A DNA stretch of 15,652 nt from an uncultured bacterium (GTDB taxonomy: Bacteria > Nitrospirota > Thermodesulfovibrionia > Thermodesulfovibrionales > JdFR-86). Position 1 is the stretch's first letter. The number at the start of each line of letters is the position of its first letter. Below, piece by piece: positions 1 through 8,088 of the stretch. The position numbers were made by a program, and so were the translations under genes. The stretch covers positions 1 through 15,652 of the forward strand of contig CBDVCR010000071.1 of NCBI GenBank assembly GCA_965372535.1. The letters run 5' to 3'. Under the pieces are notes generated by a model that had not been told where the DNA came from, searched no databases, and saw only the letters and a list, made by a program, of their open reading frames with translations.

Positions 1-1064
1 AGGAAGTCCGCCGGGCCGTTCATGGTGTCCATGTACTGGTGGATGACCCTCCACATGTGGCCGCACTCGCCGCCGAGTATCCACTTGACGCCGAGGCGTT
101 TGGCCTCGTGGTACATCTTGGCGTTGAGTTTCTTCATCATCTCGTTGGAGGTGAAGAGGCCGAAGTTTCCGCCCTCCGACGCATAGGTGCTCATGGTATA
201 GTTCAGCCCTATGTGCTCGAAAAGCAGTATGTAGCCCATCATCGTGTAAATCCCCGGCATGGCGAAGGCGTCCGCCGAGGGGGTGATGAAGAGCACGTCG
301 GCCCCCTTCTTGTTGAAGGGCACATCTATCCGCACGCCGGTTACGTCCTCGATGTCGTCGCAGAGGGATTCGACGCTGTTAACAAAGGCGTGGGGCTGGA
401 GGCCAAGATGGTTGCCGGTCCGGTTGCAGTTGGCGGCGGGCTCCAGTATCCAGTTGATGTTCACGCCCACCAGCTGCATGAGTTCCCTGGCCATCATAGT
501 GACCTCGGCGGTGTCTATGCCGTAGGGGCAGAAGGCCGAGCAGCGGCGGCACTCCGTGCACTGGTAAAAGTACATGAACCATTCCTTGAGGACGTTGACC
601 GTGAGCTTCCGGCCTCCGGCCAGCCTCCCCAGTATCTTCCCGGCGGTCTTGAACTCGCCCCGGTAGATGGACCTCATGAGTTCGGCCCTCAAAACGGGCA
701 TGTTCTTGGGGTCGCCGCCGCCCAGGAAGAAATGGCATTTGTCGGCGCAGGCCCCGCACCGCACGCAGATGTCCATGAACACCTTGAAGGAGCGGAACCG
801 TTTGAGCCTGTCTCGGAACCCCTCGAGGATGGTCTCTTCCCAGTTTTCGGGAAGCTTCCAGTCCTCCTCGGCGGGGGACCATTCCCTTGCGTTGGGAAAC
901 CCGTGGTACTCCACAATCTTGGCTTTCCCGGCATAGCAGAAATTGCCCGGCTTGAACTCCACGGGAATGTCCGTCCACTTTTTCTCCGGCACGTCACCCC
1001 TCAGCAAGTTGGGGGTGTTCAGCAGATTGTCTACCAGTTCCTGTGGTTTCGGTACCTTAGCCAT
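1..1064 (-). CDS. dsrK: DsrK, HdrD-like iron-sulfur subunit of the DsrMK(JOP) membrane complex; N-terminal 354 codons, 3' end runs off the left window edge
   Basis: Absent from the ORF track because no stop lies inside the window. Reading the reverse complement from the ATG at 1064..1062 gives MAKVPKPQELVDNLLNTPNLLRGDVPEKKWTDIPVEFKPGNFCYAGKAKIVEYHGF... It contains two ferredoxin-type cluster motifs, CVRCGACADKC and CTECRRCSAFCP, and later ILGGECGHMWRV. It shares codon phase with the spurious + ORF 39..1316 and explains it. It starts 4 nt after the dsrM stop, matching the usual dsrM-dsrK order. Confidence 0.85.
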   Translation of the reverse strand, partial: MAKVPKPQELVDNLLNTPNLLRGDVPEKKWTDIPVEFKPGNFCYAGKAKIVEYHGFPNAREWSPAEEDWKLPENWEETILEGFRDRLKRFRSFKVFMDICVRCGACADKCHFFLGGGDPKNMPVLRAELMRSIYRGEFKTAGKILGRLAGGRKLTVNVLKEWFMYFYQCTECRRCSAFCPYGIDTAEVTMMARELMQLVGVNINWILEPAANCNRTGNHLGLQPHAFVNSVESLCDDIEDVTGVRIDVPFNKKGADVLFITPSADAFAMPGIYTMMGYILLFEHIGLNYTMSTYASEGGNFGLFTSNEMMKKLNAKMYHEAKRLGVKWILGGECGHMWRVIHQYMDTMNGPADF

Positions 1065-1067
1065 AAC

Positions 1068-2072
1068 CTATTCTTCCTCTTCGTCTTTCTCAAGTGGCAA
1101 TCCGACGGACTTCATCGTCTTCCTGAAATCGTCCTCATACTCTTCATATGTATGGAACTTGACGTCGGGATTCCACGGGTTAATGTGCCTTTTCTTGCGG
1201 CTGTTGTTTATCATGTTTCTGGTCGGACTCATAAAGACCCCTCCCATGTGCATGAGCTTGCTGAAGGGGAAGTAGATGAGGAGCACGCTGACCAGCAACA
1301 GGTGCATGTAGAATAAGTAGCCTATCCCCTCCGGTGCCGCGGGGGTGAAAGAAAACAGCCCGTTTATCAGCTCCTTGACCTTGGGCACGTCCACCTTGCT
1401 TATGTACCTCATCAGGACCCCGGTGACGGCTATGCCAAGGATGAGGAACAGGGGGAAGTAGTCCGCGGGGAGGGAGATTACCTTCAGCTGCGGGATGACC
1501 ACCCTGCGGAGGAAGAGGTACGTCACGGCTATTACGATAACCGCGTCGGTCATATAGAACGTGGGAAGGGTCAGCTGTAAAAACCCGTCAAGCCCCTCGA
1601 CCCAGTGGACGAAGAACGGCACCGGATCGACGAAAAGCCTGAAGTGCCTGACCACTATGAAAAGAAACGACCAGTGGAAGGCCAACCCCGCCATCCACAG
1701 CCATTTGCTCGAGCCGTAGACGAGCCTCGGCCCTTCCATCGCGTCCGCCTTGGTGTTTTTGAACAGCGAACGGAACAGGAACACCTCCAGGAGCATCCTG
1801 CCGATGACGCCCAGGGCACTTGAAGGGTTGTCGAGCTTGTTCTGCTTTATCCACGGCAGCGACTCCTGCTGGCCGCTGGTCGTGGGGATGCGGAAGGGAA
1901 CGGGCACGCGGGCCCACTGAACAAGGCGATACGCAAAGCCCAGCACAAAGACGGCAACCGCCGCATACGGCACGACGATGCCTAATAAGTATTGCAGGCC
2001 TGCGTTCTCCCCTCCGACGTAAGCGAGCGCAACAAGCACAATCACCATTATAAGGGAAAACATCATACCCAT
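1068..2072 (-). CDS. dsrM: DsrM, NarI-like dihaem cytochrome b membrane subunit of the Dsr complex
   Basis: 334-aa ORF with several hydrophobic helices and spaced His residues (AFHWSF, VRHFRLF, FVHWVEG, YMHLLLV, KLMHMGG) typical of NarI/HdrE-type haem b proteins. It lies immediately upstream of dsrK. GAGG sits 8 nt before the ATG. Confidence 0.85.
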   Translation of the reverse strand: MGMMFSLIMVIVLVALAYVGGENAGLQYLLGIVVPYAAVAVFVLGFAYRLVQWARVPVPFRIPTTSGQQESLPWIKQNKLDNPSSALGVIGRMLLEVFLFRSLFKNTKADAMEGPRLVYGSSKWLWMAGLAFHWSFLFIVVRHFRLFVDPVPFFVHWVEGLDGFLQLTLPTFYMTDAVIVIAVTYLFLRRVVIPQLKVISLPADYFPLFLILGIAVTGVLMRYISKVDVPKVKELINGLFSFTPAAPEGIGYLFYMHLLLVSVLLIYFPFSKLMHMGGVFMSPTRNMINNSRKKRHINPWNPDVKFHTYEEYEDDFRKTMKSVGLPLEKDEEEE

Positions 2073-2126
2073 CAGATTCTACCTCGCTTCATGCGTTGCG
2101 TTAAATGCTTCATAGCCCCAGGAACC

Positions 2127-2642
2127 CTATCCATGGCTCTCCTCCCGTCTGTCGAGCAAGTTGGCCTTTCTGAGCAGCATGTAAAGGTTCCGCTTCATCT
2201 CATCTTCCTTGACCCTGTTGATGGCCTCGCGGCACTCCGTATAGATGTCAAAGGAGACGAGAGCCATCTCCTCGACGATGGAATCCAGCCGTTCGAGCGC
2301 CCCGGCGTTTCCGACTGACCCCTCTTCGTACACCTCTTTTACGGCCTTTTTAAGAAGGAACGCGAATGACACGGCCCGGGAGGGAGGGAAGTCCTGTACA
2401 GCCCGCATCCTGACGAAAGGCTTAAGGCAGGCCGAGAGCCGCTCCGGGTCGGCCCCATCCTGGAGATCCCCAAGCACGGAATCCACCATTTCGGAAATGG
2501 CGTACCCAATTGGATTGGCGAAACGGTCTTTCTTTTTCCTGAGAAACGCTTCGGAGTCTGCGGGATAAGTCTCTACAATCAATTGATGCCATTTCCGGCG
2601 GATTTCCTCTTTGTTCAGGACTAAAAACTCTTTAAATTCCAA
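2127..2642 (-). CDS. dsrT: RsbRD_N-domain protein, DsrT-like (small conserved protein found upstream of dsrMK)
   Basis: 171-aa ORF using a TTG start at 2642..2640, preceded by GGAGGAG at 8 nt spacing. The sequence ...RKWHQLIVETYPADSEAFLRKKKDRFANPIGYAISEMV... matches my memory of the RsbRD N-terminal family (the d-F-x-N-P-v-G motif). Its position between dsrC and dsrM fits DsrT. The symbol is assigned from memory and context, not from a search. Confidence 0.55.
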   Translation of the reverse strand: MEFKEFLVLNKEEIRRKWHQLIVETYPADSEAFLRKKKDRFANPIGYAISEMVDSVLGDLQDGADPERLSACLKPFVRMRAVQDFPPSRAVSFAFLLKKAVKEVYEEGSVGNAGALERLDSIVEEMALVSFDIYTECREAINRVKEDEMKRNLYMLLRKANLLDRREESHG

Positions 2643-2693
2643 TATCGAAACTCCTCCCCTTACCTTTTTCGAGCCGCGCGACCGCCAACGTAA

Positions 2694-2734
2694 GGCCGCG
2701 GATAAAGGCCGCGGTACGTCCTTTATCCGCGGCC
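2694..2734 (-). terminator. Perfect 15-bp stem-loop between dsrC and the dsrT-like gene (attenuator, partial terminator or mRNA stabiliser)
   Basis: GGCCGCGGATAAAGG (2694-2708) and CCTTTATCCGCGGCC (2720-2734) are exact reverse complements separated by an 11-nt loop. The structure lies 17 nt downstream of the dsrC stop. No U-tract follows on either strand, so it is not a textbook intrinsic terminator. Confidence 0.4.
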
Positions 2735-2750
2735 GTCAGTGCCCTGTGTC

Positions 2751-3086
2751 TTATACGCAACCCGTGGGCTTCGGAAGTCCCGCATACCTGCAGGCCTGCT
2801 TCGCAGGGCCGCCGGGATAGAGCTCGTAGAGGTACTTGGTGTTGCCCTTTTCGGGGCCCATCACCTTGCCTATCTCCTTGACGAGTATCTTGATCATCGG
2901 GGCAATCTGGTACTTCTCGTAGTATTCCCTGAGGAAGTTGATGACCTCCCAGTGGGCATCGGTCAGGCTAATGCTGTCCTCGTTGGCAAGCTCCTGGGCA
3001 AGTTCCTTGCTCCAGTCATCGAGGTCTACCAGATACCCGTCGTCATCGACTTCAATCTGCTTTCCCTGAAAATCCATTGTCGGCAT
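2751..3086 (-). CDS. dsrC: DsrC (TusE/DsrC/DsvC family) with both redox-active C-terminal cysteines
   Basis: 111-aa ORF ending ...PAKQACRYAGLPKPTGCV. The penultimate Cys and a second Cys ten residues upstream mark a bona fide DsrC rather than TusE/RspA. The internal HWEVINFLREYY motif is present. A strong GGAGGAG RBS lies 7 nt upstream of the ATG. Confidence 0.92.
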   Translation of the reverse strand: MPTMDFQGKQIEVDDDGYLVDLDDWSKELAQELANEDSISLTDAHWEVINFLREYYEKYQIAPMIKILVKEIGKVMGPEKGNTKYLYELYPGGPAKQACRYAGLPKPTGCV

Positions 3087-3154
3087 GTTGCGTCTCCTCC
3101 TTTTTATTTAATTGCCTTTGCCACGTGCGGAAATTCCTTCCCACGCACCCACCT

Positions 3155-3185
3155 ACACTAATCCATCCCCTCCCTGAAATGTCAA
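3155..3185 (-). promoter_or_regulatory. Possible sigma70-type promoter for dsrC
   Basis: On the minus strand there is a perfect TTGACA (3185..3180). ATTAGT or TAGTGT follows 16-19 nt downstream, which is only a weak -10. The region upstream (3190-3290) is strongly AT-rich. This is pattern recognition only. Confidence 0.25.
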
Positions 3186-3308
3186 GTCTGCGGTCATAAA
3201 AAGTAATACAGAGTGATAGCCGGGGTCAAATAAAAAATACTTATCAGCCTATCTATTTTAGTTAATATTCCTTTAATTTTCTTTTTCACGCACCTCTCGG
3301 AAACAGAC

Positions 3309-3340
3309 AAAAAAGCCGCCCGCGCAAGTGAAACCGCGGG
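3309..3340 (-). terminator. Candidate intrinsic terminator downstream of the ggt-like gene
   Basis: The minus strand reads CCCGCG-gtttcacttg-CGCGGG-cggc-TTTTTT (stem 3340..3335 / 3324..3319, T-tract 3314..3309). It lies about 180 nt after the ggt stop, so the assignment is tentative. Confidence 0.35.
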
Positions 3341-3523
3341 TTGACATTAAACGGCAAAAGAGGCGCCCCCGGTATTCCCGCCTCTGAACCTCTTTGGAAA
3401 ATCGAAAACCATATGAAGTTTACCTCCTCTATAAACCTCCCTGCGGCAGAGACCGCAGGGTATCCTGAAAAGGCAAGGAGTTGGCAACCCCGCGGCAAGA
3501 CCACGGGGAATGCACTGGTGCAT

Positions 3524-4942
3524 TCAATCGACCCTCATGAAATAGCCGCCCCTCCGGGTATCCCCCCACCCCTTGAGGTCCCCTGTCACGGCATGCACCC
3601 CGCCGAAGTAAACCTCTTTTTCCCGCCACGGGTTAAGAGGGTATTTCCCCCGGACAGCGCGCAGGGCGTCCTCGCCGAAGCCCGGCTCCAACTGCAGCAC
3701 CCCCTCGTCGTCCAGGTGCATCCTCGGGGCCTCGACCGCACGGGCCGCGTCCATCCCCCTGTCCAGGAGGTTATGGATAACCTGAAGCATCGCTGTCTTA
3801 ATCCTCTTGCTCCCGCCGCTTCCGAGCACCGAGTGGATTTCCCCGTCCTTCTTTATAATTGTGGGAGACATCATGGAGCCCACCCTCGCCCCAGGCACGG
3901 TGGTGAAGAACCCGTGGGGGAAGAGGTCGTCCTCGCCCATCATGTTGTTGAGCATGACACCCGTATCCCCGAGAAAATGCCCGGAGTTCGAGCCGTTTGA
4001 CGAGGTCATTGAGACGGCGTTCCCCGCCCCGTCCACCACGCTCACATGCGTGGTGCCCGCGGCCCCCTGCCTTTCCCTGTTCATCCTCGCCATGGTTTCC
4101 GCCAGCAGCAGGCAGGCCTCCGCCTCGTCCATCCGCTCAATCTCCTCATTTTTAAGAAGCGAGAAGGCCGTCTCAAGCAACGCGCCGCCGAAGGAGGGAG
4201 GGGGATTAAAAAGCATCTCAAACCCCCTGTACGCGCACGAAAGCGGCCTTCTCTTTCTCACTTCGTACTCCCGCAGGTCCCTTGCCGTAACGCGCCCGCC
4301 GCCAGGTCTTAACTGCTCCTCAAGCCGGTGGGCGCCGCTTCCGTAAAACGCGTCAATCCACGCATCGGGCGACCTCAAGCCCAGGAACTCACCAAACAGG
4401 GGGTTATAGAGCCTCCCGCCGCTTTCCTTGCCGCCGAAAATCTCCTTTCCATAGCCGGTAACCGTGAGGATGGGCAAGAGGATTTTAATGAGATAGCTCT
4501 GAAGCCCGTCTAACTCGACCCCCTGCTCAAGGTACCTGAGGGCCGGCCGTATGATGTCCCGGATGTCCATGGAGGCGAGCTCCCGGTGAAACCTTAAAAG
4601 CCCCTTGAGCATTCCAGGCGCCGCCACGGAGGCCGTGCCGATATGGAAGACCTGTACGGTGGACTTAAACCGTATCTCCACGGGTTCGAGCACGGGTGTT
4701 TCCGAAAAAGACGCCCCCCTGCCCGGTGCGTCCACGAAGAAATCATAGACCACGTCCTCGCCCCGGTCGGCGACATGGGCCATGAGAAACCCCCCGCCCC
4801 CGAGGCTTGAGAGGACGGGCTCCGCCACCACGGAGGCGAATCCCGCCGCAACAGCCGCGTCGAAGGCGTTTCCGCCCCTCCTGAACATCTCGCACGCCGC
4901 CCCGGTGGTAAGGGGATGCCCGGAAGCCGCCGCCCCTTTCAT
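3524..4942 (-). CDS. ggt: Gamma-glutamyltransferase family protein (Ntn hydrolase), no signal peptide visible
   Basis: 472-aa ORF. The N-terminus GHPLTTGAACEMFRRGGNAFDAAVAA matches the GGT N-terminal signature. GTTHVSVVDGAGNAVSMTSSNG matches the autoprocessing/nucleophile Thr region, and GSGGSKRI matches the C-terminal oxyanion region. The protein starts directly with the catalytic domain and has no hydrophobic leader. Confidence 0.85.
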   Translation of the reverse strand: MKGAAASGHPLTTGAACEMFRRGGNAFDAAVAAGFASVVAEPVLSSLGGGGFLMAHVADRGEDVVYDFFVDAPGRGASFSETPVLEPVEIRFKSTVQVFHIGTASVAAPGMLKGLLRFHRELASMDIRDIIRPALRYLEQGVELDGLQSYLIKILLPILTVTGYGKEIFGGKESGGRLYNPLFGEFLGLRSPDAWIDAFYGSGAHRLEEQLRPGGGRVTARDLREYEVRKRRPLSCAYRGFEMLFNPPPSFGGALLETAFSLLKNEEIERMDEAEACLLLAETMARMNRERQGAAGTTHVSVVDGAGNAVSMTSSNGSNSGHFLGDTGVMLNNMMGEDDLFPHGFFTTVPGARVGSMMSPTIIKKDGEIHSVLGSGGSKRIKTAMLQVIHNLLDRGMDAARAVEAPRMHLDDEGVLQLEPGFGEDALRAVRGKYPLNPWREKEVYFGGVHAVTGDLKGWGDTRRGGYFMRVD

Positions 4943-5040
4943 CTACCGGCCGGTTAGTTTCTCAGCAGACATTGAATCCTTCCAAAGCCCCCTGCACTGG
5001 GATTCCGAGGCATTTACATGTCTGCTTGCCGGCGGTCCCG

Positions 5041-6153
5041 TCAGCAAGCGTAAAACCCCTCCCGGACGCAGGCTATCATGGACTTGAAATCCCTTTCCTC
5101 CCTGTATAGCCTTTGTTGGGCGTGAGCCCCGGTGCCGTTTTCAAGTATTTCCCCTATTGCACCCATGTACCCGAGCCCCCCGAGTTCTCCGGACTGCCGC
5201 TCTACCAGGTGTAAGAGTTCCTGTACCGCCTCCCGGATGGGGACCCTTTTTGCGGTCACGGGGTTTACGAATATCCCGTCAAGGCCGTAGCGCGCCGCCT
5301 GCCACTTGTTGGACCTCAATATCTGCATCTGCACCCTTGCCTCGGGGTGAAACTGCACGTTTGAAAGCGTGACCACAAGGGCCTGGATAAGCGCGGTAAG
5401 AGCCAGAATCTCGGCGTAACGGCAGGGCATATCACATACCCGTACCTCTACGGTGCCGAACTCCGGGTGCGGACGCACGTCCCACCAGAGGTCCTTTACG
5501 GACTCTATTATCCCTCCCATCTGAAGCAGCGAGGCCATGCGACAGAACTCGTCCCAGTTTTCGAGGGAATCCGGCAGGCCCGCAAGCGGCAGGGCCTCAA
5601 AGAGCTTTGTCCTGTAGGAGTAAAGCCCCGTGTCCTCGCCCAGGTAGAAAGGAGAGGAGGTGGAAACGGCAAGCAGGAGGGGCAGGTACATCCGGATAGT
5701 GTTGTTTATCCTTATTGCCCGCTCCGGAGAGTTGACCCCTATGTGCACATGCAAGCCCTGGCTTATAAACCTTCTGCCCACAAGCTGAAGGTCGTCCATA
5801 ACCCTGACGTATCGCGGGCTGCTGGTGACGTTTTCCGCCGAGCCCCCCTCGAAGGGGTGGAGGCTTGCGGAGTAGAAGACCGCGCCGAAGTTTTTTAATA
5901 GTCCCTCAAGGTAGGAGAGCGTACTCCGCAGGTCGGCGTCCACCTCCTTGACGTCGGCGCAGATACGGGTGTTTACCTCTATCATGGAACGGATGAACTC
6001 TTCCTTTATGCGGTCCGTATAGGCGGGGTCCATTGAAGACAGCACCTCGGGCGCGATGTTCTTAAACCAAAGAGTTCCGGCGTCCAGGAGCTGAAGCTCG
6101 AGTTCCACCCCGATGGTGGGCTCGGGGCTTGAGTTAAACCTTAACTCGGGCAC
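5041..6153 (-). CDS. Carboxylate-amine ligase, YbdK / glutamate-cysteine ligase family 2 (GCS2)
   Basis: 370-aa ORF. PTIGVELELQLLD near the N-terminus, GLHVHIG, and the overall length are typical of YbdK-type GCS2 enzymes. Its start overlaps the upstream M20 gene by 20 nt. Confidence 0.8.
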   Translation of the reverse strand: MPELRFNSSPEPTIGVELELQLLDAGTLWFKNIAPEVLSSMDPAYTDRIKEEFIRSMIEVNTRICADVKEVDADLRSTLSYLEGLLKNFGAVFYSASLHPFEGGSAENVTSSPRYVRVMDDLQLVGRRFISQGLHVHIGVNSPERAIRINNTIRMYLPLLLAVSTSSPFYLGEDTGLYSYRTKLFEALPLAGLPDSLENWDEFCRMASLLQMGGIIESVKDLWWDVRPHPEFGTVEVRVCDMPCRYAEILALTALIQALVVTLSNVQFHPEARVQMQILRSNKWQAARYGLDGIFVNPVTAKRVPIREAVQELLHLVERQSGELGGLGYMGAIGEILENGTGAHAQQRLYREERDFKSMIACVREGFYAC

Positions 6154-7369
6154 GTTTTTCCTTCAGGCTTTCGACGGCCCTCCTTACGGCGGCGTCGAAA
6201 AAGGCCGCACCGACGCGTATCACGTCCTCATCGAAGTTGAAGTTCGAGCTGTGGGCCGTGGCGGACTCCCCGCCCCTGCCCACTGCGCCGAAGCGTACGA
6301 AACAGCCGGGCACTTCCTTAAGATAGTAGGCGAAATCCTCCCCTCCCATGCTGGGCTTTACCAGGTTGATGAACTTCTCCCTGCCGAGCAGTCCCTCCGC
6401 CGCTTCCCGTGCGAGCAGGTAGCATTCGGGATGGTTAACCACCGGAGGGTAACCCTCGAAAATATTCACCTCAATCCTTGCGTCATGGAGCGATGCCATC
6501 CCCTCGGCGGTCTTCTGAATTCTTTTGAGCACGTCTTTTCTGGTCTTTCCATCGGTATTGCGTACTGTGCCCTTGAGGACGGCCTCGTCGGCCACCGCGT
6601 TGTAAACAGTGCCGGCATGGAGGCTCCCGACGGTTATCACCGTGGGGTTCAGGGGGTTGATGCTCCTTGAGATGATGTTCTGAAGGGCCATCACAAAAAG
6701 GCTCGCCACCACGACTGCGTCCACGGTTTCGTGGGGCCGGGCGGCGTGCCCCCCCCGTCCGAGTATCCTTATCTCGATGGCGTCGGTATAGGAGGAGTCC
6801 ACGTCCGTCCGTATGGCGATTTCTCCCAGTTTGAACGCGCCGTCGATATGTCCGCCGAATATCATGTCCACGCCGTCGAGCGCGCCCGCCTCTATCATGG
6901 AGCGTGCGCCTCCGCTTCCCTCCTCGGCGGGCTGAAAGAGCAGTACCACGTTGCCGGGCGGCGGGGATTTCCTGAGAAGCTCCGCGGCGCCGAGCACGAT
7001 GGCCACATGGCCGTCATGCCCGCAGGCGTGCATGTAGCCTTTTACCCTGGAGGCGTAGGGGAGACCTGTCTTCTCCTCGATGGGCAGGGCGTCCATGTCC
7101 GCCCTTAGGGCCACGGTGGGCGCCGGGGGACCGTGGTTGTCGATGCGGGCCACTATGCCGGTCTTTGCGATGCCGCGCCTGTAGGGGATGGAAAGCCTCT
7201 CCAGATACCTGGCGATGGCCTCGCCGGTCTTTTTCTCCTTGAAGGCGGGCTCGGGCCAGCGGTGAATTCTCCTCCTGAGACTCACAAGGCGTTTAAACGT
7301 CCTGTCGTCCATCAAGCGCTTAAAGGGCATAATAAATTTTAGCACATGCGGGGGGATTAAAAGAGGCAC
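6134..7369 (-). CDS. M20-family (M20D-type) amidohydrolase / N-acyl-amino-acid or dipeptide hydrolase
   Basis: 411-aa ORF with LRRRIHRWPEPAFKEKKTGEAIARYL, MHACGHDGH and FQPAEEG metal-binding motifs. The start is uncertain: GTG at 7369 or ATG at 7330 (MPFKRLMDD...), and neither has a clear SD. Confidence 0.8.
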   Translation of the reverse strand: MPLLIPPHVLKFIMPFKRLMDDRTFKRLVSLRRRIHRWPEPAFKEKKTGEAIARYLERLSIPYRRGIAKTGIVARIDNHGPPAPTVALRADMDALPIEEKTGLPYASRVKGYMHACGHDGHVAIVLGAAELLRKSPPPGNVVLLFQPAEEGSGGARSMIEAGALDGVDMIFGGHIDGAFKLGEIAIRTDVDSSYTDAIEIRILGRGGHAARPHETVDAVVVASLFVMALQNIISRSINPLNPTVITVGSLHAGTVYNAVADEAVLKGTVRNTDGKTRKDVLKRIQKTAEGMASLHDARIEVNIFEGYPPVVNHPECYLLAREAAEGLLGREKFINLVKPSMGGEDFAYYLKEVPGCFVRFGAVGRGGESATAHSSNFNFDEDVIRVGAAFFDAAVRRAVESLKEKRARVKV

Positions 7370-7417
7370 GCGCAGGTTTACCCGCAGCCGTCAATGCATT
7401 GCAAAAATACAAAATAT

Positions 7418-7448
7418 TTGCCCGTAAACCGGTTGAATCATTTATAAT
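7418..7448 (+). promoter_or_regulatory. Possible sigma70 promoter for the rhodanese gene
   Basis: TTGCCC (7418-7423) is followed after 18-19 nt by TATAAT (7443-7448). The CDS start lies 23 nt further on. The spacer is slightly long. Confidence 0.3.
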
Positions 7449-7470
7449 ATGATGATGGGGAGGTAGCCGG

Positions 7471-8088
7471 TTGGGCCTTTTCGACATATTCGGAAACATC
7501 AGGACCATCAGCGTTGAGGAGGCGCGCAAGAAGCTCGAAGCCTCGAATAACGGAGAAGTGGCCCTCCTCGACGTCCGGGAGCCCAAGGAATACGCCCAGG
7601 GCCACATCAAGGGCGCGCGGCTCATGCCCCTGAGCCAGCTGGTGCAAAGGACAGAGGAACTCGACCCCTCAAGGCCCGCCATCGTTTACTGCCGCGTGGG
7701 CAGGCGCAGCGGGCCCGCCGCCTCGATACTCGGAAATTCCGGCATGAGCTCCGCGATAAGCCTCGAAGGGGGCATCGAGGCATGGAACGGAAACACTTTC
7801 TCATGCGGCATGGAGCCGGGCGTGTTCCCGCTCGACGGGAAAGACCCCGTGGAGGAGTTGCTCTCCGTCGCCTGGGCGCTTGAGGGCGGCACGTGCGAGT
7901 TTTACGAAAACGTAAGGGAAACCCTCAAGGACAATGAGGCCGGAGTGGTCTTCGGCGCCCTTATAAACAGCGAGCGGAAGCATAAGGACACCCTTAATAG
8001 AGGCATACGGAAAATACTCGACAGACGCCGGCGAGAGCGCAATAAAGGAATCTTCCGGAGCGTTCCTCAAAAGCGGAGCAAACCTTGA
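7471..8088 (+). CDS. Rhodanese-domain sulfurtransferase fused to the first half of a ferritin/rubrerythrin-like domain; the ORF as it stands ends in out-of-frame Arg-rich sequence
   Basis: TTG start with GGGGAGG 7 nt upstream. LLDVREPKEYAQGHIKGARLMP and the active-site loop CRVGRRS form a canonical rhodanese. FGALINSERKHKDTL looks like an ExxH ferritin-like helix. After about codon 175 the frame reads NRGIRKILDRRRRERNKGIFRSVPQKRSKP, which looks non-native. Confidence 0.75.
   Translation: MGLFDIFGNIRTISVEEARKKLEASNNGEVALLDVREPKEYAQGHIKGARLMPLSQLVQRTEELDPSRPAIVYCRVGRRSGPAASILGNSGMSSAISLEGGIEAWNGNTFSCGMEPGVFPLDGKDPVEELLSVAWALEGGTCEFYENVRETLKDNEAGVVFGALINSERKHKDTLNRGIRKILDRRRRERNKGIFRSVPQKRSKP

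Noticed and set aside
39-1316. 425-aa + strand ORF, the longest at the left end of the track
   Set aside because: It is codon-phase-locked antisense to the real dsrK and the end of dsrM. Its composition (His/Val/Gly/Pro-rich, no motifs) is typical of a high-GC shadow ORF, while the opposite strand gives textbook DsrK motifs.
3439-3525. Two short perfect hairpins (CCCTGCGG-cagaga-CCGCAGGG at about 3439-3460, and GAATGCAC/GTGCATTC at 3508-3525 overlapping the ggt stop) as possible ncRNA or riboswitch
   Set aside because: The 8-bp stems lack U-tracts or any recognisable conserved RNA motif. They are plausibly just 3'-UTR structure of ggt and cannot be supported as an RNA gene from sequence alone.
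4964-5026. 9-bp inverted repeat AGCAGACAT/ATGTCTGCT with a 45-nt spacer between the GCS2 and ggt genes, as a possible operator
   Set aside because: It is a single short dyad with a long spacer. It could equally be chance or mRNA structure. It is noted under the operon finding but not called as a feature.
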